The notes beneath the pieces were generated by a model that saw only the letters and a list, made by a program, of their open reading frames with translations, was not told the DNA's origin and ran no database searches. The position numbers were made by a program, and so were the translations under genes. From Octopus vulgaris (Eukaryota), in assembly GCA_951406725.2 (NCBI GenBank), contig OX597830.1, positions 68,386,001 through 68,450,000 of the forward strand: 64,000 nt of DNA, written 5' to 3'. Positions within the stretch are counted from its first letter, which is position 1; every line of letters begins with the position of its first letter. This document shows, one piece after another, positions 12,130 through 26,235 of the stretch.

Positions 12130-14620
12130 TCCCGGCTTCCGATGGAGACCTGGCTACTGATAGCTAAGGTCCTTGTTGATGGTAGTTCGGGTCATCTTCC
12201 CTAATTTATACGGCGGTAATTCTTGCCTAGCGCTTCCATGTCGCGGTGCAGGTACTGTGAAAGTAGCAGCCAAGTTCAGGCAAGGGCCCTGTATTACGGA
12301 GTATAACGCTTCTTCATGGTAAGGGTTACGACTGAAGGTCAACTGTGTTCTCGATGGATGTGGGCGTAGATATCCTTTCTGTGAGATGGTGAAAGAGCAT
12401 TCAGAAATAGCTCTGTTCGCGAGCAGATGGAGCTCATTAGCCTTGAGAGGCAATCTTTCTACGAGATGGAAACTCCAACCTAAAACCTTGCCCAAGTGAA
12501 TAGCAACCTGGATTCAAATACAAGCGCGGTGCAGAATGTTAGGTCGATCCCCATACGATGCGCGCACCTATGTCTTCAAATCCGCCCTCCGGCCAGAAAA
12601 GGCAAAAGTGTTTCCAAAACTTAATGTGGCCCGTCTTTCCAGCACAACAAAACAAACTGAGCTCCAAAAACAAAAAACGTCGCTACTGTCTGCCTAGTTG
12701 TTCTAGTTCTTCCAGTTCTACAAGAACTCCCTCGCAATATGGAAAATAACATAGGGAAGAAATCGAGGTCGAACAGAATCAGAATGAACTCAACTTACTC
12801 TGGAACTCTGCGCTCTCCATCATTCGACACACCCACTCTGAACCCACTATTGGAAAATCCCACATGAAGAACTCAAGGGGTTGGATAATGCAGACATTAT
12901 CCAACCCCTTTTGCAGGCGAATAACCGTGTTCATAACGCCCACCTCTCAAATCTTCATTTCTTAGTCCCAAACTAGCATAACCTTAGGGCTGAGGCCCCA
13001 CAGAATGGTTGGTGGCTCCGCAACTCCGAAAAGATCCAACAACTCGCTGAAGAAAAGAAAACTTATGAACTCTACGACCCGTTCAAAGACAACTTCGGTC
13101 CTTCGCATTGCCTGATTGCACCTATCTGTATCGCTGACGGCTCTACTCTAATTAAAGAAAACAATAAGAACCTTAACGATGGACAGATACGTCGATTTTA
13201 GATGAGCTTCCAAAACTTCAAATCATCGAAGAAATAGCAGCTGAACTCAGTCAAGACGAAGTCTAGAAGGTACTGCACTCCCAAAAGAATAAGAAGTCTC
13301 CTGACGAAGACTGTATCCCTGGAGAGGTTTGGAAATACGGCGGACCACAACTTGCATCATATCTTCACTCTTTCCTAGTTTTCTGTTGGAAAAACAAACA
13401 AACAAAAATAAATACCAACATTATTTGCATTTACAAAAGAAAATGCAATCGATCCGACTGCAGTGACTGCAGAAGCCTCTGGATGTGTCTTGCAACATTC
13501 TTGCACGCATTATTCTCCGCCATCTTCTTATCTTCGTGTCGGACTGCACCATCCCTGAATCTCAATGTGGTTTATATGAGCACAATTGATTTGATATTTG
13601 GTGCACGCTTACTTCTCGAAAAATGCAGAGAACAACAAAAAGGAATTTTGGTTTCTTCGATATGACGAATGCTTTTGACACCGTTGATTGTGACATTTTA
13701 TGGAAACTGTGGCTATCCTTCCAACTGCTTTAACTTTCATCCGCAAATTCCACAACGGAATGCTAGCCAGAGTCTGTCTTGGTGGAGCGTCTTCAGAACA
13801 ATTCAGAGTAAAACCGGGAGTGAAACAGGGTTGCGTTCTCACTCCTGTTTTGTTCAGCATCTACATAGCTGTAACTCTCCTCTCCTAGGTCCAACAGAGT
13901 ACCGACGATAGCATAAGAACCCGTTATCGCTATGATGGCAGTATTTTCAAGACCCACCGACTCAAAGCGAAATCTCAACAGATATTTGAGCTCCGGTATG
14001 CAAATGTTACCACTGCCACTGCTCAGAAAACAGCCTCACTCAAGCGATTCTTAAGTGCCATGGATGAAACCTATATTCGTCTGGGTCTTAACATCAACAT
14101 AAAAAACACAACGAGATCATGCAAACGTACTTAATAAAAAAAGACACATCCAGCAACATAACTATATATAAACGACACACTTCTGTCAAACGTTGACTCT
14201 TTTAACCACCTAGGTAAAATGGACATATCACAAAATGGACATATCGTCGATGACGTTCTACGACGGATCATCTCCTCCTCCTTTGGACGCCTCCGAAAAT
14301 GAGATTCCAGGATCATCTTTAGCTTGTCCTTAACTCCCGCAACATTCAACCGGCACAACTTGAATACTTTGCTCACAACCGGCAAATCTGGCGCTCCCTC
14401 AGCGACGAAGGAGCTTCACACTTTGAACTAATCCGACGTGAGAGACTTGAGGAAAAGAGACTTCAACGTCATTTCAGACTCCCCATCAACATAATGAGCA
14501 GCTTCCCTTGTCATCTGCGTTCAAGGACATGCCATTCCAGGATCAAATTGTTTTCACATCGGTCAACTTACAAAATGTAGGATAAGACTCCTAGAGGACA
14601 ATGTCGTCGTTAACATTGAC
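12130..14620 (+). mobile_element. Degraded RTE-clade LINE
   Basis: Fragmented RT motifs AFDTV and GVKQGCVLTPVLFSIY, RYRYDG linker, many frameshifts and stops. Confidence 0.8.
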
Positions 14621-14679
14621 GGATAGCTATAAGCAAATATATTTGTATGTACATTTGTGCACGTATGTGTATGTTTTCA

Positions 14680-14680
<1 letters not shown>

Positions 14681-14756
<76 letters not shown>

Positions 14757-14771
14757 CTATCTATCTATCTC

Positions 14772-14855
<84 letters not shown>

Positions 14856-14871
14856 TCTGTCTATACATACA

Positions 14872-14930
<59 letters not shown>
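14681..14930. repeat. (CTAT)n/(CATA)n/(TA)n compound microsatellite
   Basis: Directly visible. Confidence 0.95.
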
Positions 14931-14935
<5 letters not shown>

Positions 14936-15258
14936 GGTGCATATATGTATACAAAAGCCCATTTTACTGAATTTACTCATTTAGTATGGGCTACGTCACA
15001 TTTCAATGCGTTTCGTGTACTTTATTTGTCGAATTTATGTTGCAATATTATGTTGACTGATTGTTATTGAGAAGATATTCTGTTTGAGTTTATAAATGTG
15101 AGAATGTGTTGCGTCTCTCACATGTAATCTAGAAAGACTGCTTCAAATGTTGGCAGTGGAATCTGTTTTATCATATTTAATGACTTTGTTGTTTATCGTC
15201 AAGCTGTAACTGATCGCCCTGATCCCTTATCAAAGGTTTTTAAAATCGTGATCATTCC

Positions 15259-15548
15259 CCATTTAAGAAACACACAAAACCGTTAGATTCACTTCAACAT
15301 TTATATTTAATTTGTCAAAATATTTTCGTCGCTTTAGCAACGAAGCTTTGTCAGTGAACAGGTCGCGGTCTCAAAGCGATGAAAATATTTTGACAAATTA
15401 AATTTAAATGTTGAAGTGAATCTAACGGTTTTGTGTGTTTCTTAAATGGCTAATAAACAACTTCCACGCTGCAATTGTTTTCGTTCCAGCACACGATCTC
15501 AGATCAAGTCGTTCGCTATGCAAGTACATCTCCGTAATCATTCCCCAT
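15259..15548. mobile_element. Fold-back insertion with target-site duplication
   Basis: Inverted arms 15259-15335 / 15373-15449. Direct repeat cgt(g/a)atcattccccat at 15247 and 15533. Confidence 0.75.
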
Positions 15549-16576
15549 ATTTTTGCAGAAATAAAGTAACTTCTACTTGCTGGTGTTTTAATCAAAGAAT
15601 TCCATTTAAAAATCTATAACTAATTGTTTTTCTGGGTAGTTTTTGATAGTCTATTCCGATATTAATTGCAAAGAGACTGATTAAGAAACCACGGAAAAAT
15701 AGTTTTATTTATTTGCTAACCCAACCCCAACAATGTCTTTACTTTTGAAGTTTTTTCGAAATTCCTTTTATATATTTTCGTTTCAATGTTTAAAACAGGA
15801 CAGTATGATACATACGTTGTTTATTAAAATTTGAAAATAATTTACAAATGGAAAAGCGATATATTCAGAAAAATTTCGAGGATTCACGGTTTATGATACA
15901 AATTATTGTGTGTGTGTGTGTGTGTGTGTTGTGTGTGTTTGATGTTGTGAATTGTGACAAGAACCAATTTATTCGCATATTACATTTAAAATACTTGAAT
16001 TATCTATTTAACAGTATTCCAAAATCGGTGCCAAACACGAGGGCATTGTACAGATGCGCCAACCACACACACAAACACACACGCCAGGTGGCAGTATTAT
16101 AAATATTGAGAAGCATTGCCATGCCATTTTAGAGGGCTGCTTTCAGCACGCAGAAGGCACAGAGTAGTTAGGCTTTCATGATACTTCATGCTACTTTATC
16201 AGTCCCAACATACTGAAATATTTCACTAATGAATATATGGGTAACATGAAGCTCAAATATATTTTTTGCGAGCTACATCAACAATTGGCAAACCCTTCAT
16301 CATGTACAAAAAATTGTGTGTACAAAAAATGTCGTATGTTGAGTCTTATTTGTAGAAAATAGAAATAAACAGTCTTTGACTGCTATTTCTAATTTTTTCA
16401 GTATGTGGCTGAGCAACATGTTGCCTGCCTTTTTTATTTATATACAAAATATATATTGAACTTTTATAGAAGTTCCCACCGTTAATGGTTATATTTACAT
16501 GCCGAAATCTACCAGTAAATAATTGTTGTTTTTTTAAAAAACCATTAAAGCTGTTGTTTACTCTTATTATACATAT

Positions 16577-16644
<68 letters not shown>

Positions 16645-17300
16645 GAGGAGTGCAATGAATTGCAAACTTTTGCTTCTTTCTATCCTTTTGCTTAAATTAA
16701 TATTCCTGGAGAAGTTTAAATTACAATGTGTTCTTTGGTTACATCGCAATTACTCAAGATTAGGATAATTCAAATTAAGATAGAAAAAGTATCAATTAAA
16801 AATTACAGCAAGCATAATTTGCAGAATAAAACTGCCAGAGACGCAATGCACAAATACAGTTTTCCGGAAACTTGACTCTCCAGTGACATTTCTGTTAATT
16901 AACAAACGCTTGAACAATAATGCAGCAAGTACAGCTACAATATAATCATCAGTAGTTCATTGGTTTGCAATCACTCCTTGATTTTGAAGGAGCATTAAAC
17001 TCGTAGCAATATCCCTATCAGGGATGGAAGGTCAGGTCGAGGACGGAGGATAGCATAAAACACTTGAAGGAGGAATAAGTCGATTAAATAAGTACCAGTT
17101 ACGCACTGGGGTTGATGTAATCAACTCTATCCCTTTGCCAGTCCTTGTTTAGCCACAAGGGCAATAAAGAAAAAATGTAGTTGCTCAGGCCTAAATTACT
17201 CCAATTTAAAAAGAGAAAAAGAAATACGTACATGTATACAGACACATATTTACATCCATACATAAATATATGCACTCACAACCAAATACATGCATACAAC

Positions 17301-17337
<37 letters not shown>

Positions 17338-17539
17338 ATAAGCACATTATTAAGATGTGGTCCAAAAGCACATTTTATCGCTGTCGATCTTGTCGAGGAT
17401 GACTGAGATGAGCAGCAGAGAGAAAGATAATTAACGGTATTTTAATTATAGGGATTTGTAGTGAGAGTGTTCGTATTGTCTGGATTGGGACGTATCTCTA
17501 ATAAAAACAACGAAAAAAACCCAGCTAGACTTAATAAAA

Positions 17540-17680
17540 AAACATTCTAAACTGGTATTTATTTTATGAAGCCATGAAAGGTAAAGTCGACATCAGAGGA
17601 TTTTCTACTCAGAGCGTAGACACGGACGAAATACCGTTAAGCATTTTGCTCGAAGTGCTAACGATTCTGCCAGCTCGCCG
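17540..17680 (-). mobile_element. SINE fragment (second family)
   Basis: Reverse complement resembles 33250-33470 (ggcgagctggcagaatcgttagcac...aaatgctta). Confidence 0.65.
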
Positions 17681-17689
17681 TCTGAAGGA

Positions 17690-19895
17690 AGATAATCCTA
17701 TGGACATGAAACATCTGTTGCAATCTTGACCACCACAACACATCACAATACAACGACTATGCGTTTGCAATCCAAGAAAATGAAATTGCGATGAAATACC
17801 TAACAAACAAAAGAGATAGTGATCTCTTGAAGCTGCAAGAAATTGTTTATTATGCCGTGTTTCTGCGCAACATTTCGTTCGAAAGATTAGCAGCTGCTCA
17901 AAAATATCACCAAAGTACTCCTTTGATGACTCAGAGGATGCACGTCGACACTTGGCACTTAAATAATGTTGCCGAAGGGATACGACACTGAAAGGCAGTC
18001 TGGATTGATATTAAACCTCTGCTGCCTTGCTTTCGTTTTAGGTATTGGCGTTGTACGTCACTGTTGATGTGGAACTTGTGTCTGCTGGTTAGCATGTTTG
18101 GGGTTTTCACATCAATAGTTCGGATCTCATCGAGCGTCCAACCAGCCTAAATGTTGGTATGAGTATTGGCACAGCAAATACATTTTGAGTCACTGTTTTT
18201 CTTTTTTCTGAATGCAGAGTTCTGGGTCCAAATGTTCTTTATTCGACTATAACATTCTTTAATGACACATGATTTGTTGTTACATGTGTCATTGTATGAT
18301 ATGTTCTCTTCCACCCCTTGGTGCCTGTAACATCCCTCATCAGATATAGAGGAAACCGTTAAGTCAGTGTTGGAGATTTTGCTAGTCTTGCTTACAGTTT
18401 CCCTCATTTCACAATCATGTAGCAACATTTATTCTGGCCAAACTGCAGCTCTGTAGCCTTTGAGAATGTACGTATGTCCTTATTCAGTTTTATTTCAAGA
18501 TTTCTTGCCAAAAGAGAAAGGGCCGGTTTCCTAACAAAAATCCAAGGCTCTTTCATTGTAATTTTAGCATCAACAACAGGATTTGTTTGTGTGTATGTAT
18601 ATATGTATACGTACAGATTTGTGTCTTTTGTGTATGTATGTATGTATGTATGTATGTATGTATGTATGTATGTATGTATGTATGCAAGCATGTGTGTATG
18701 CATATATATCTATTTATGTATGTATGCAAGTATTTATGTATGTACGCCAGTATTCAGTTTTATTCAGTTTTATTTCAAGCTTTCTTGACAATAGAGGAGC
18801 CGGATTCTGACCCAGAACCAATTCTTCTTCATTTGAATTTCAAAAATATAAATCAAATATTTGTGTATGTGCAAATTTGTATGTTTTGTTTTATGTATGT
18901 ATTCCAATGCATATACTTGCATATCTAGACATACTCATATACACTTAAATGATAAGCCTCTGGAAAATTTTATAAGATATTTAGAGTTCCATTGATCGCT
19001 TGGATCTGTAGTCTTCGAATTAGCTTTCTTCTTTCTGAGTTTGAGAAGTCCAATTACTCAAGATTGGTATTTAAGCATTGTGTTACATATACCAGTGCCC
19101 TAATAATTACAGGTATAAACACGAACTTGTAATCTGATTAGAGTAACTGCAGATTTTGCGTAGGCATTTTATTTTTCAGCGTATTTTCTCTTTCGCTTCT
19201 CTTCGGCTTTATGTTAACATCTGCAGGGGAGCTGACTTCCACAACTATACACAGTCTCTCTTCTCTATCCCAAATGATTATACCAGGTATATGTTTATAA
19301 TTTATTGAGGTTTCCAGTGGAGCATTTCACCTGTACTCCTTTTTATTATAAGTGGATATGGAGTCTACCATACCGTGGGTTCTTCTTTGTTCTCGGGTTT
19401 ATGCTTCCGACGGAACTCGTTATATACAATGTCCTAGCTACTACATCATATCTCATCGGTAGCTAATACTGTGATGACATTTTCGAACAACTGCATAGGT
19501 TGTCATATATTACTGCTTTTCATGTATCTCTCTTCTTTTGTGCATCGTATATTTGGTTGATATTTCATATCCCTGGATTGCAACCGCATACCCTTCAAGT
19601 GAAGGTGGGAAGTAGGAATCTGTTTGCTGGTCTATAATAGACTGCTTTAATGACAAATGTTACTATTATCTCAGTGCTTCCTACTCACATATACATGCAT
19701 GGGCTTCTGCTGATATGCGCTCATCTTTTCATCTGATGACATACCGTGGTAGAGTCGTGCGGCTTTTTTGATATGTATTTAAGCTTATCAGACAAGAAAT
19801 GCTGCTCAAGGAGCCGCTTTCCAAGTCTTATGATCTTAGCCTCATATATGCAAACCTGGTCAAGAGATGCACGTAGACATTTGGTGGTTAAAAGA
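17690..19895. mobile_element. Rearranged Dong/R4-clade LINE fragments
   Basis: + strand YAFAIQENEIAMKYL. Minus strand QFGQNKC, YSRIKNIW, FAVPIL, VEVSSPAD and FIPVII (REL endonuclease). Confidence 0.65.
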
Positions 19896-20912
19896 TTATG
19901 CATGTATGTCTGTATGTATGCATGTATGTATGTATATATATAAGCATGTACGTATGTATATATATACGTATGCATTCATGTATTTATATATGCATATGTA
20001 TCCATAAATTTATGTATCTATGTATATAAGCATGTGTTTATGTATGTGTGTATGCATGTATATATGTATGCATGTATGTGTGTATGTATATATGTATGTA
20101 TGTATATATGAACGGATGAATGGATGGATGTACGGATGGATGTACGGATGGATGTCTACATAAATGTATATTGGATTACGTATGTATAAACAATTTCTCA
20201 TTTGACCGAGTCAGTAAATAAAAAGTTTCATAAAATCTGGGAGGCGCCTATTTTAATTGTCGTATTAGTGTATTCATAAGTTTTATCACGATTAGAATGC
20301 ATTGTATGATCTTTATATAGGAGTGGCAAATTGCAGCAGTGACGGCCTCCTGACAAATAGATTTGTCTTTCGGTTTAAGCTTATCGTCTTTTCTTTAAAA
20401 TCAGTATGACCTCTTTTATACTTCAATGCGCTTTACTATTTAATGTGTGGGCGCCAGGTTTAGACCGCACCATTATACTAAAAGTATTTGCATTGAACAG
20501 TTCGGCTTAGATGAACAGAATCGAAGGTTGGCATTGGTATGTAGCTGTTTTATGATTATTTTGTTTATCCTCAAACCTTTGGCTAATTTTCTGATCCCTG
20601 ATCAAATGCTTTCGAACTTTTGCAGAAATGATGTAACAGCTGCTTCGTTATCTGTGAACTCTTAGGAATGTTAATCAATTCCATTTAAAAATCTATAATT
20701 TGTAGTTTCTCCCTGTAGTTTCGACACTCTATTCCGATATTTTAAAAACAATATTGTTTTTATTAACTTTTCATCTAACTACACCACAAAATCTTCACTT
20801 TTGAACTTTTTCGAAATTCATTTTATATGTTTGTGTTTGTACATTTAAACAAAATATGATTCAGACGTTCTTTTTCAAAATCTCAAAATAATTTTCATAC
20901 ATACATTCATAC

Positions 20913-22845
20913 ATAATAATGTTCGTCCTTCGGGTTCGAAGATGACCATTGACATTATTTGGTGGAATTGCTGCTATGAGACCGGAGGTGGCTGGTGAGG
21001 CCAATCTGGGCAAGGAAGCCCCTCCCACAGGTGGGGCAGAAGTGGGTAGGGGCTGTGCTATTGGTGCAGGTGGCTCTGGCTTTCCGCATCTGGCGTTTCT
21101 GTTCTGCTGACTGAATCCGTCTCTCCTCGGCTGTCTTTGCTCCTGTGGTGATTGCGCTGCGCCAGGATGAGCGGTCGGCAGCAAGTGTCTCCCAAGTCTC
21201 TGTGCCGATGGAGAAGTCTGTGAGAGAAACATTGAGACTGTCCTTGAAGCGCTTCTTCTGCCCTCCGACTTTGCGTTTGCCCTGGCTGAGTTCACCGTAG
21301 AAGAGCTGTTTTGGGATGCGAGTGTCGGACATGCGGGAGACGTGGCCCGCCCATCTCAGCTGGGCCTTGCGCATGATCATGATGGTGCTAGGGAGATCTG
21401 CCTGCTTCAGAACTTCCGTGTCTGGGACTTTGTCCTGCCAGCGGATGTGAAGGAGGTTCCGAAGAGACCTGAGGTGGAAGTGGTTTATCTGGCGCTCGTG
21501 CCTTCGGTAAGCAGTCCACGTCTCGCAGCCGTATAGTAGGGTGGTAAGCACGACTGCCCAGTAGACTTTCAGCTTGGTGTTGAGGCTGATTCCTCTCCGC
21601 TCCCAGACTTTCTTTCGCGGTCTCCCAAACGCGCTGCTTGCCTTGGAGATTCTGTTGATGATTTCAGCATCTATGTTGGCATTGCAGGAGAGAGTACTGC
21701 CCAGGTAGGTGAAGTTTTCCACCGCTCGTAGGATCCGTCCGTTCACCTTTATCTGAGGCTCATGGTATTGTTTGCCGGGGGCTGGCTGAAACATCACTTC
21801 GGTTTTCTTGGCACTGATAGTGAGACCGAAGTTGTCACAGGCTGATGAGAACCTGTCCATCCCGAGCTGCATCTTCTGCTCATCGATTGCGTTAAGGGCG
21901 CAGTCGTCAGCAAAGAGAAAGTCTCTGACGACTGTCTCCCTTACCTTTGTGACGGCCTGCAATCTTCTGGAGTTGAAAAGTTTCCCGTCCGTCCTGTACT
22001 TGATGTCGATACCGGACTTGCAGTCCCTGAAGGCGTCGGACAGCATTGCCGAGAACATGATGCTGAACAGTGTTGGGGCCAGGACACAGCCCTGCCTGAC
22101 TCCGTTGGTCACGTGGAAGGCTTCAGATGAGCTGCCGTCTTCAAGGACTCTGGCTGTTATTCCGTCGTGGAACTGGCGGACAATTGCAATAAATTCGCTG
22201 GGGCAACCAAATTTTCCCATGACCTTCCAGAGTCCCTCCCGACTGACTGTATCGAAAGCCCTAGTGAGGTCAACAAAGGTCATGCAGAGGTCAAGGTGCT
22301 GCTCCATGCATTTCTCCTGGAGCTGGCGGGCGGCGAATATCATGTCAGTGGTCCCTCGACCCGCGCGGAAGCCATACTGGCTCTCAGGGAGAAGGCCTTG
22401 CTCCAAGTGTTCCAGAAGGCGGTCAAGCAGGACTCGGGCCAGGATCTTGCCTGCTATGGACAAGAGGGAGATTCCTCGGTGGTTGTCGCAGGACTGCCGA
22501 TCTCATTTCCGCTTATAAATGTGGACGATTGTTGCGTCCCGGAAATCTTGAGGGAGTTGTTCCCTGTCTCACATCGACTAGAACAGGCTGGTGAGGGGGA
22601 ACAGCCAGCTCGTGGTTTGTCGGCACCTGGGGGAGTCATGAGATGGCTTCCTCGTTGATCTGGGCTGGTCGGTTGAGCACGATGTTGAAATGCTCCACCG
22701 ATCTCTCCAGGATCAGCCTCTTGTTAGTCAGGAGTGAGGTTCCATCCGAGCTGAGCAGAGGGGTTAATCCAAAGGAGGACTGCGGTCCATAAACAGCTTT
22801 CAGCGCCTCGTAGAATTTCTTGGTGTCGATTCAGGGATACGCAGA
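20913..22845 (-). mobile_element. Young 5'-truncated RTE LINE
   Basis: 502-aa ORF with QYGFR, FVDLTRAFD, GVRQGCVLAP, FADD, FTYLGS and a C-terminal CPTC...HLRSH knuckle. (ATT)n tail. Inserted in (CATA)n. Confidence 0.95.
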
Positions 22846-22984
22846 CAAACATACATACATACATAATACATACATGCATGCATACATACATACATACATA
22901 CATACATACATACATACATACATACATACATACATACATACATACATACATACATACACATATGCAAACAGTGATAATCACCCA

Positions 22985-23490
22985 CACATGTCTTGCAAAC
23001 AACTTGCACATGCAAGTGCTACCAGTCAAAAGCTCCGTATACCGGAAGCCAGCAAGTGTGTGGGGTCATCAGGAGAGAATGCACGCCGTTTCGGGGCCTA
23101 CTTCTCGACGGAATCAATGCGCACCGCCCCCACCCCCTCACTGATATGAGGCCCCGCTTGCTACATCAGCTGGTTATCAAATTAAGCTCAATATCCTTTT
23201 AGCCATCGCTCATCGTCTATTTTTAACCAAATCCAGTGGCTAGCCTTCCCCACTGTAGATTGGATATCGGTCATGGTGGTATTAACTTTATGATGAGTTA
23301 GGCCTAGCGATAACAACAGTCGTCTCACACTGTGTCCAACGAACCCTCTACGTCCAACTTCGATTGGAAAATGTTCCGCTTTCCAGCCTGCATCTACACA
23401 TTCCTCGAGGAGGTTTACATAACAGTTAAATTTTCGAGCCCGTGCGGCGTCCATATTATCTTCATGAGGAACCGTTAACATTAAAATCTC
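22985..23490 (-). mobile_element. 3' end of a HERO/NeSL-like REL-endonuclease LINE
   Basis: LTVPHEDN...RK...GW...PIEVGRRGF...ASHWIWLK. Confidence 0.75.
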
Positions 23491-23493
23491 CAG

Positions 23494-23910
23494 CTACAAA
23501 GATGAGATCATTATCATTCGTCTTTGAGGTAGCATGCAGAAGAATATCATAAAAGAGATAATTCTGTTCATTTGGTAGGCCCGCTTGTGGGGATAGGCGG
23601 AGATAATTGTAGCTATACCATTCTGCAAGACTAGCCTGAGTTTAAGTATTCTGTCGCACACCCTCGCTACCTCTACGGCCTTATCCACCTATGTTTCTGC
23701 AAGAAGTATGCCTACATCCCTTATTCAGTCACTATTACCTTTCCAAAACAGTTTATACCTATGTTCTTTGCCTGTGAGGACTGGCTGAAGCTCCTCTCTA
23801 TCTTAACTCTTGTACGCAACATACATCAACACGTCTCTGTTCAAGCACCTCTGCAATCTCGCTAGACCGGCTTTTCAATGTGCCTACATTTATAGTGCCA
23901 ACTCTGAAAA
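23494..23910 (-). mobile_element. RTE-type AP endonuclease fragment
   Basis: RVGTINVGTL...DVCCVQE; DRILKLRL...TIISAY. Confidence 0.75.
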
Positions 23911-24191
23911 CTGGGAAAGTGATGTGGGAGATAACGCAAGAAGGAGAGATGTTATTAATATGATTAATTCATTTGTACATATATAAAATATAAGTGTTTG
24001 AAATTCTTAATACATGTGCATTATCTATTGTTGTGTCATTATACCTGAGAATGTAAACTTTCTACTTCTTATGTTCTGTCTAATTACCATAACCAACTCA
24101 TGCCAGCATGGAACATGGATGTTAAATGATGATGATGATGAACCCAAAACTACTTTACTCAGATCCTTCTGAATTGTTTCGTATACATCTG

Positions 24192-24270
<79 letters not shown>

Positions 24271-24739
24271 CACACACACACACACACACAACATATAATG
24301 AACTTAACTACATATAATTTGGTAGAAAACTGAATTAGGTAGAGTTCATAGAAGTAATTGTGAAACAGTATATTAACCTTAAAATATCATTCACAGTCTG
24401 CTTGTCTATAAATAGAGAGAAAAAGGCATAGCTATAGTTCACCCTCAAGTCTGAACACTTTTTACTTCTTTACTTTTTTCTTAATGACTGTACCAATTTT
24501 GAAATGATATTCTGTATTAGATTCCTCTTCATTAAAATTAAATCATACTAATTGCTTTTTCGGAAATAAATGAGATATGCTTAAATACGAATTTCATCCT
24601 TATTCTCTCTCCAAGTCATCAATATATTTACCTCAAAAGATTTTTTTCCATGCAAAATGTTTAAAGATTGTTTTTTAGAATTAGACTCGCTTCATTTGGA
24701 ACTTTTAGGGAAGTTTAATTATACTAAATTGTCTTTCAG

Positions 24740-24928
24740 CCCTTTAGCATTCAAATTATTTTATTAAATGTTATGCTTATTTATTAATATTGTTTTGGAG
24801 ATTTTGATGCAATTGTATATTTTTATAATGACATTGTAGAGCAGGTGTGAGAGGCCGTACCTTGCCAGTTTTAACATGAAGCATGTAGGATATTTCAACC
24901 AGATACAGCCAGTTTAAATGCTAAATGG
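24740..24928. mobile_element. Small piggyBac-type MITE
   Basis: ccctttagcatt ... aatgctaaatgg-TTAA. Confidence 0.55.
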
Positions 24929-24964
24929 TTAAGAATATCATTCACTCATTGCTGTGGGTGAATA

Positions 24965-25018
<54 letters not shown>

Positions 25019-26041
25019 ATCACTGCTTGACAATGAGTATTGGATTGTCTTTGCCTCCATGAAATAGCACTTTGGCAAAAGAAATCAACAGGAAAAGTAT
25101 CTGACTTTAAAATGATCACTGAAGTCAATTCAAATACCTAAACTCTTTGAGGCAGAGACCCCAGCATGATCACAGTTCTATGACTGATAAAAGTAAAAGA
25201 ATATTCCTATTTCTATAAAGAATGGGCTGGTCATGGCTGAACTGCCTCTGCTCAAGGCTCTATTCAAATAGGTTTGATCTGAGCTAACAACAATGATAAC
25301 TACAGTGACAACTCATGCTAAAAAGAGAGACTCTAGAAATTGCAGCTAAATTTCTTCCAAATCATACCCAATATATAACAAAAAAGAAGTACATATTACA
25401 GGTAGATAATATAGTGTTAGATATGACCCTAAAAAGGGTAAAGATGATTATAGCTGGGATGCTTTTGATCATAGATCTACTTGATTTAAGTTTAACCTGG
25501 AGCTAAACAACAAGGAGTATCGCCGCCACCATCACCACTACTGCTATTACTAACACCTCTTATATTACTTCAACCGCTACCACTAACATGTATTATGAAT
25601 AGCATTTGAGAATGGACTTACGGTCACATCAAGTACATGCAATAACAATTGTAACAGAGGAAACATAAAGCCGGATATATCTCAATATGTTAGTGTGATG
25701 CGTTAATGTATATAAGCTAACAGGCATATTTACGTGTTTCAGGTGTTTTTAAAGCTTTCTATTTATTCATTTTATTTCAACGTTTTATTAAGTGTAGAAG
25801 ATATATATATACATATGTATGTGTATTTGTGTGTGTGTGTGTGCGTGTATATATATATACATCCATGTCCTCAGGTGTGAATCTTGGCTGGTGGGGGTGC
25901 TTGCCTCCCCTTCACAAATATAAGGACACAGGAAATGTGTCAAAGCCGACAGGAAGCGTTCGATGCTTCCTAGGGCTAAACAGCGGTGACGTAATTCCCA
26001 TACGGGACTGTCACGTTATGTTGACAGTATACAACCACACA

Positions 26042-26152
<111 letters not shown>

Positions 26153-26175
26153 TAAGTTAGATATGGCTGCTATAT

Positions 26176-26235
26176 GGGGTTACCCTGGGTTTCATGTCCA
26201 TGAAGTGCTTAGTTTTATTGCGCTTCTTCAGACCC
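26176..26235 (-). ncRNA. Minimal hammerhead ribozyme motif (Penelope-type)
   Basis: gggt-CTGAAGA-[imperfect stem II]-GAAACC-cag-GGTA-accc. Confidence 0.45.

Noticed and set aside
21808-22658. 236-aa and 163-aa + strand ORFs (also 55223-56131)
   Set aside because: Antisense shadows of RT coding sequence.
23060-23170. GAAAC and CTGATGA on the - strand of the HERO-like 3' UTR (also 40560-40610)
   Set aside because: Stems needed for a permuted hammerhead do not pair.
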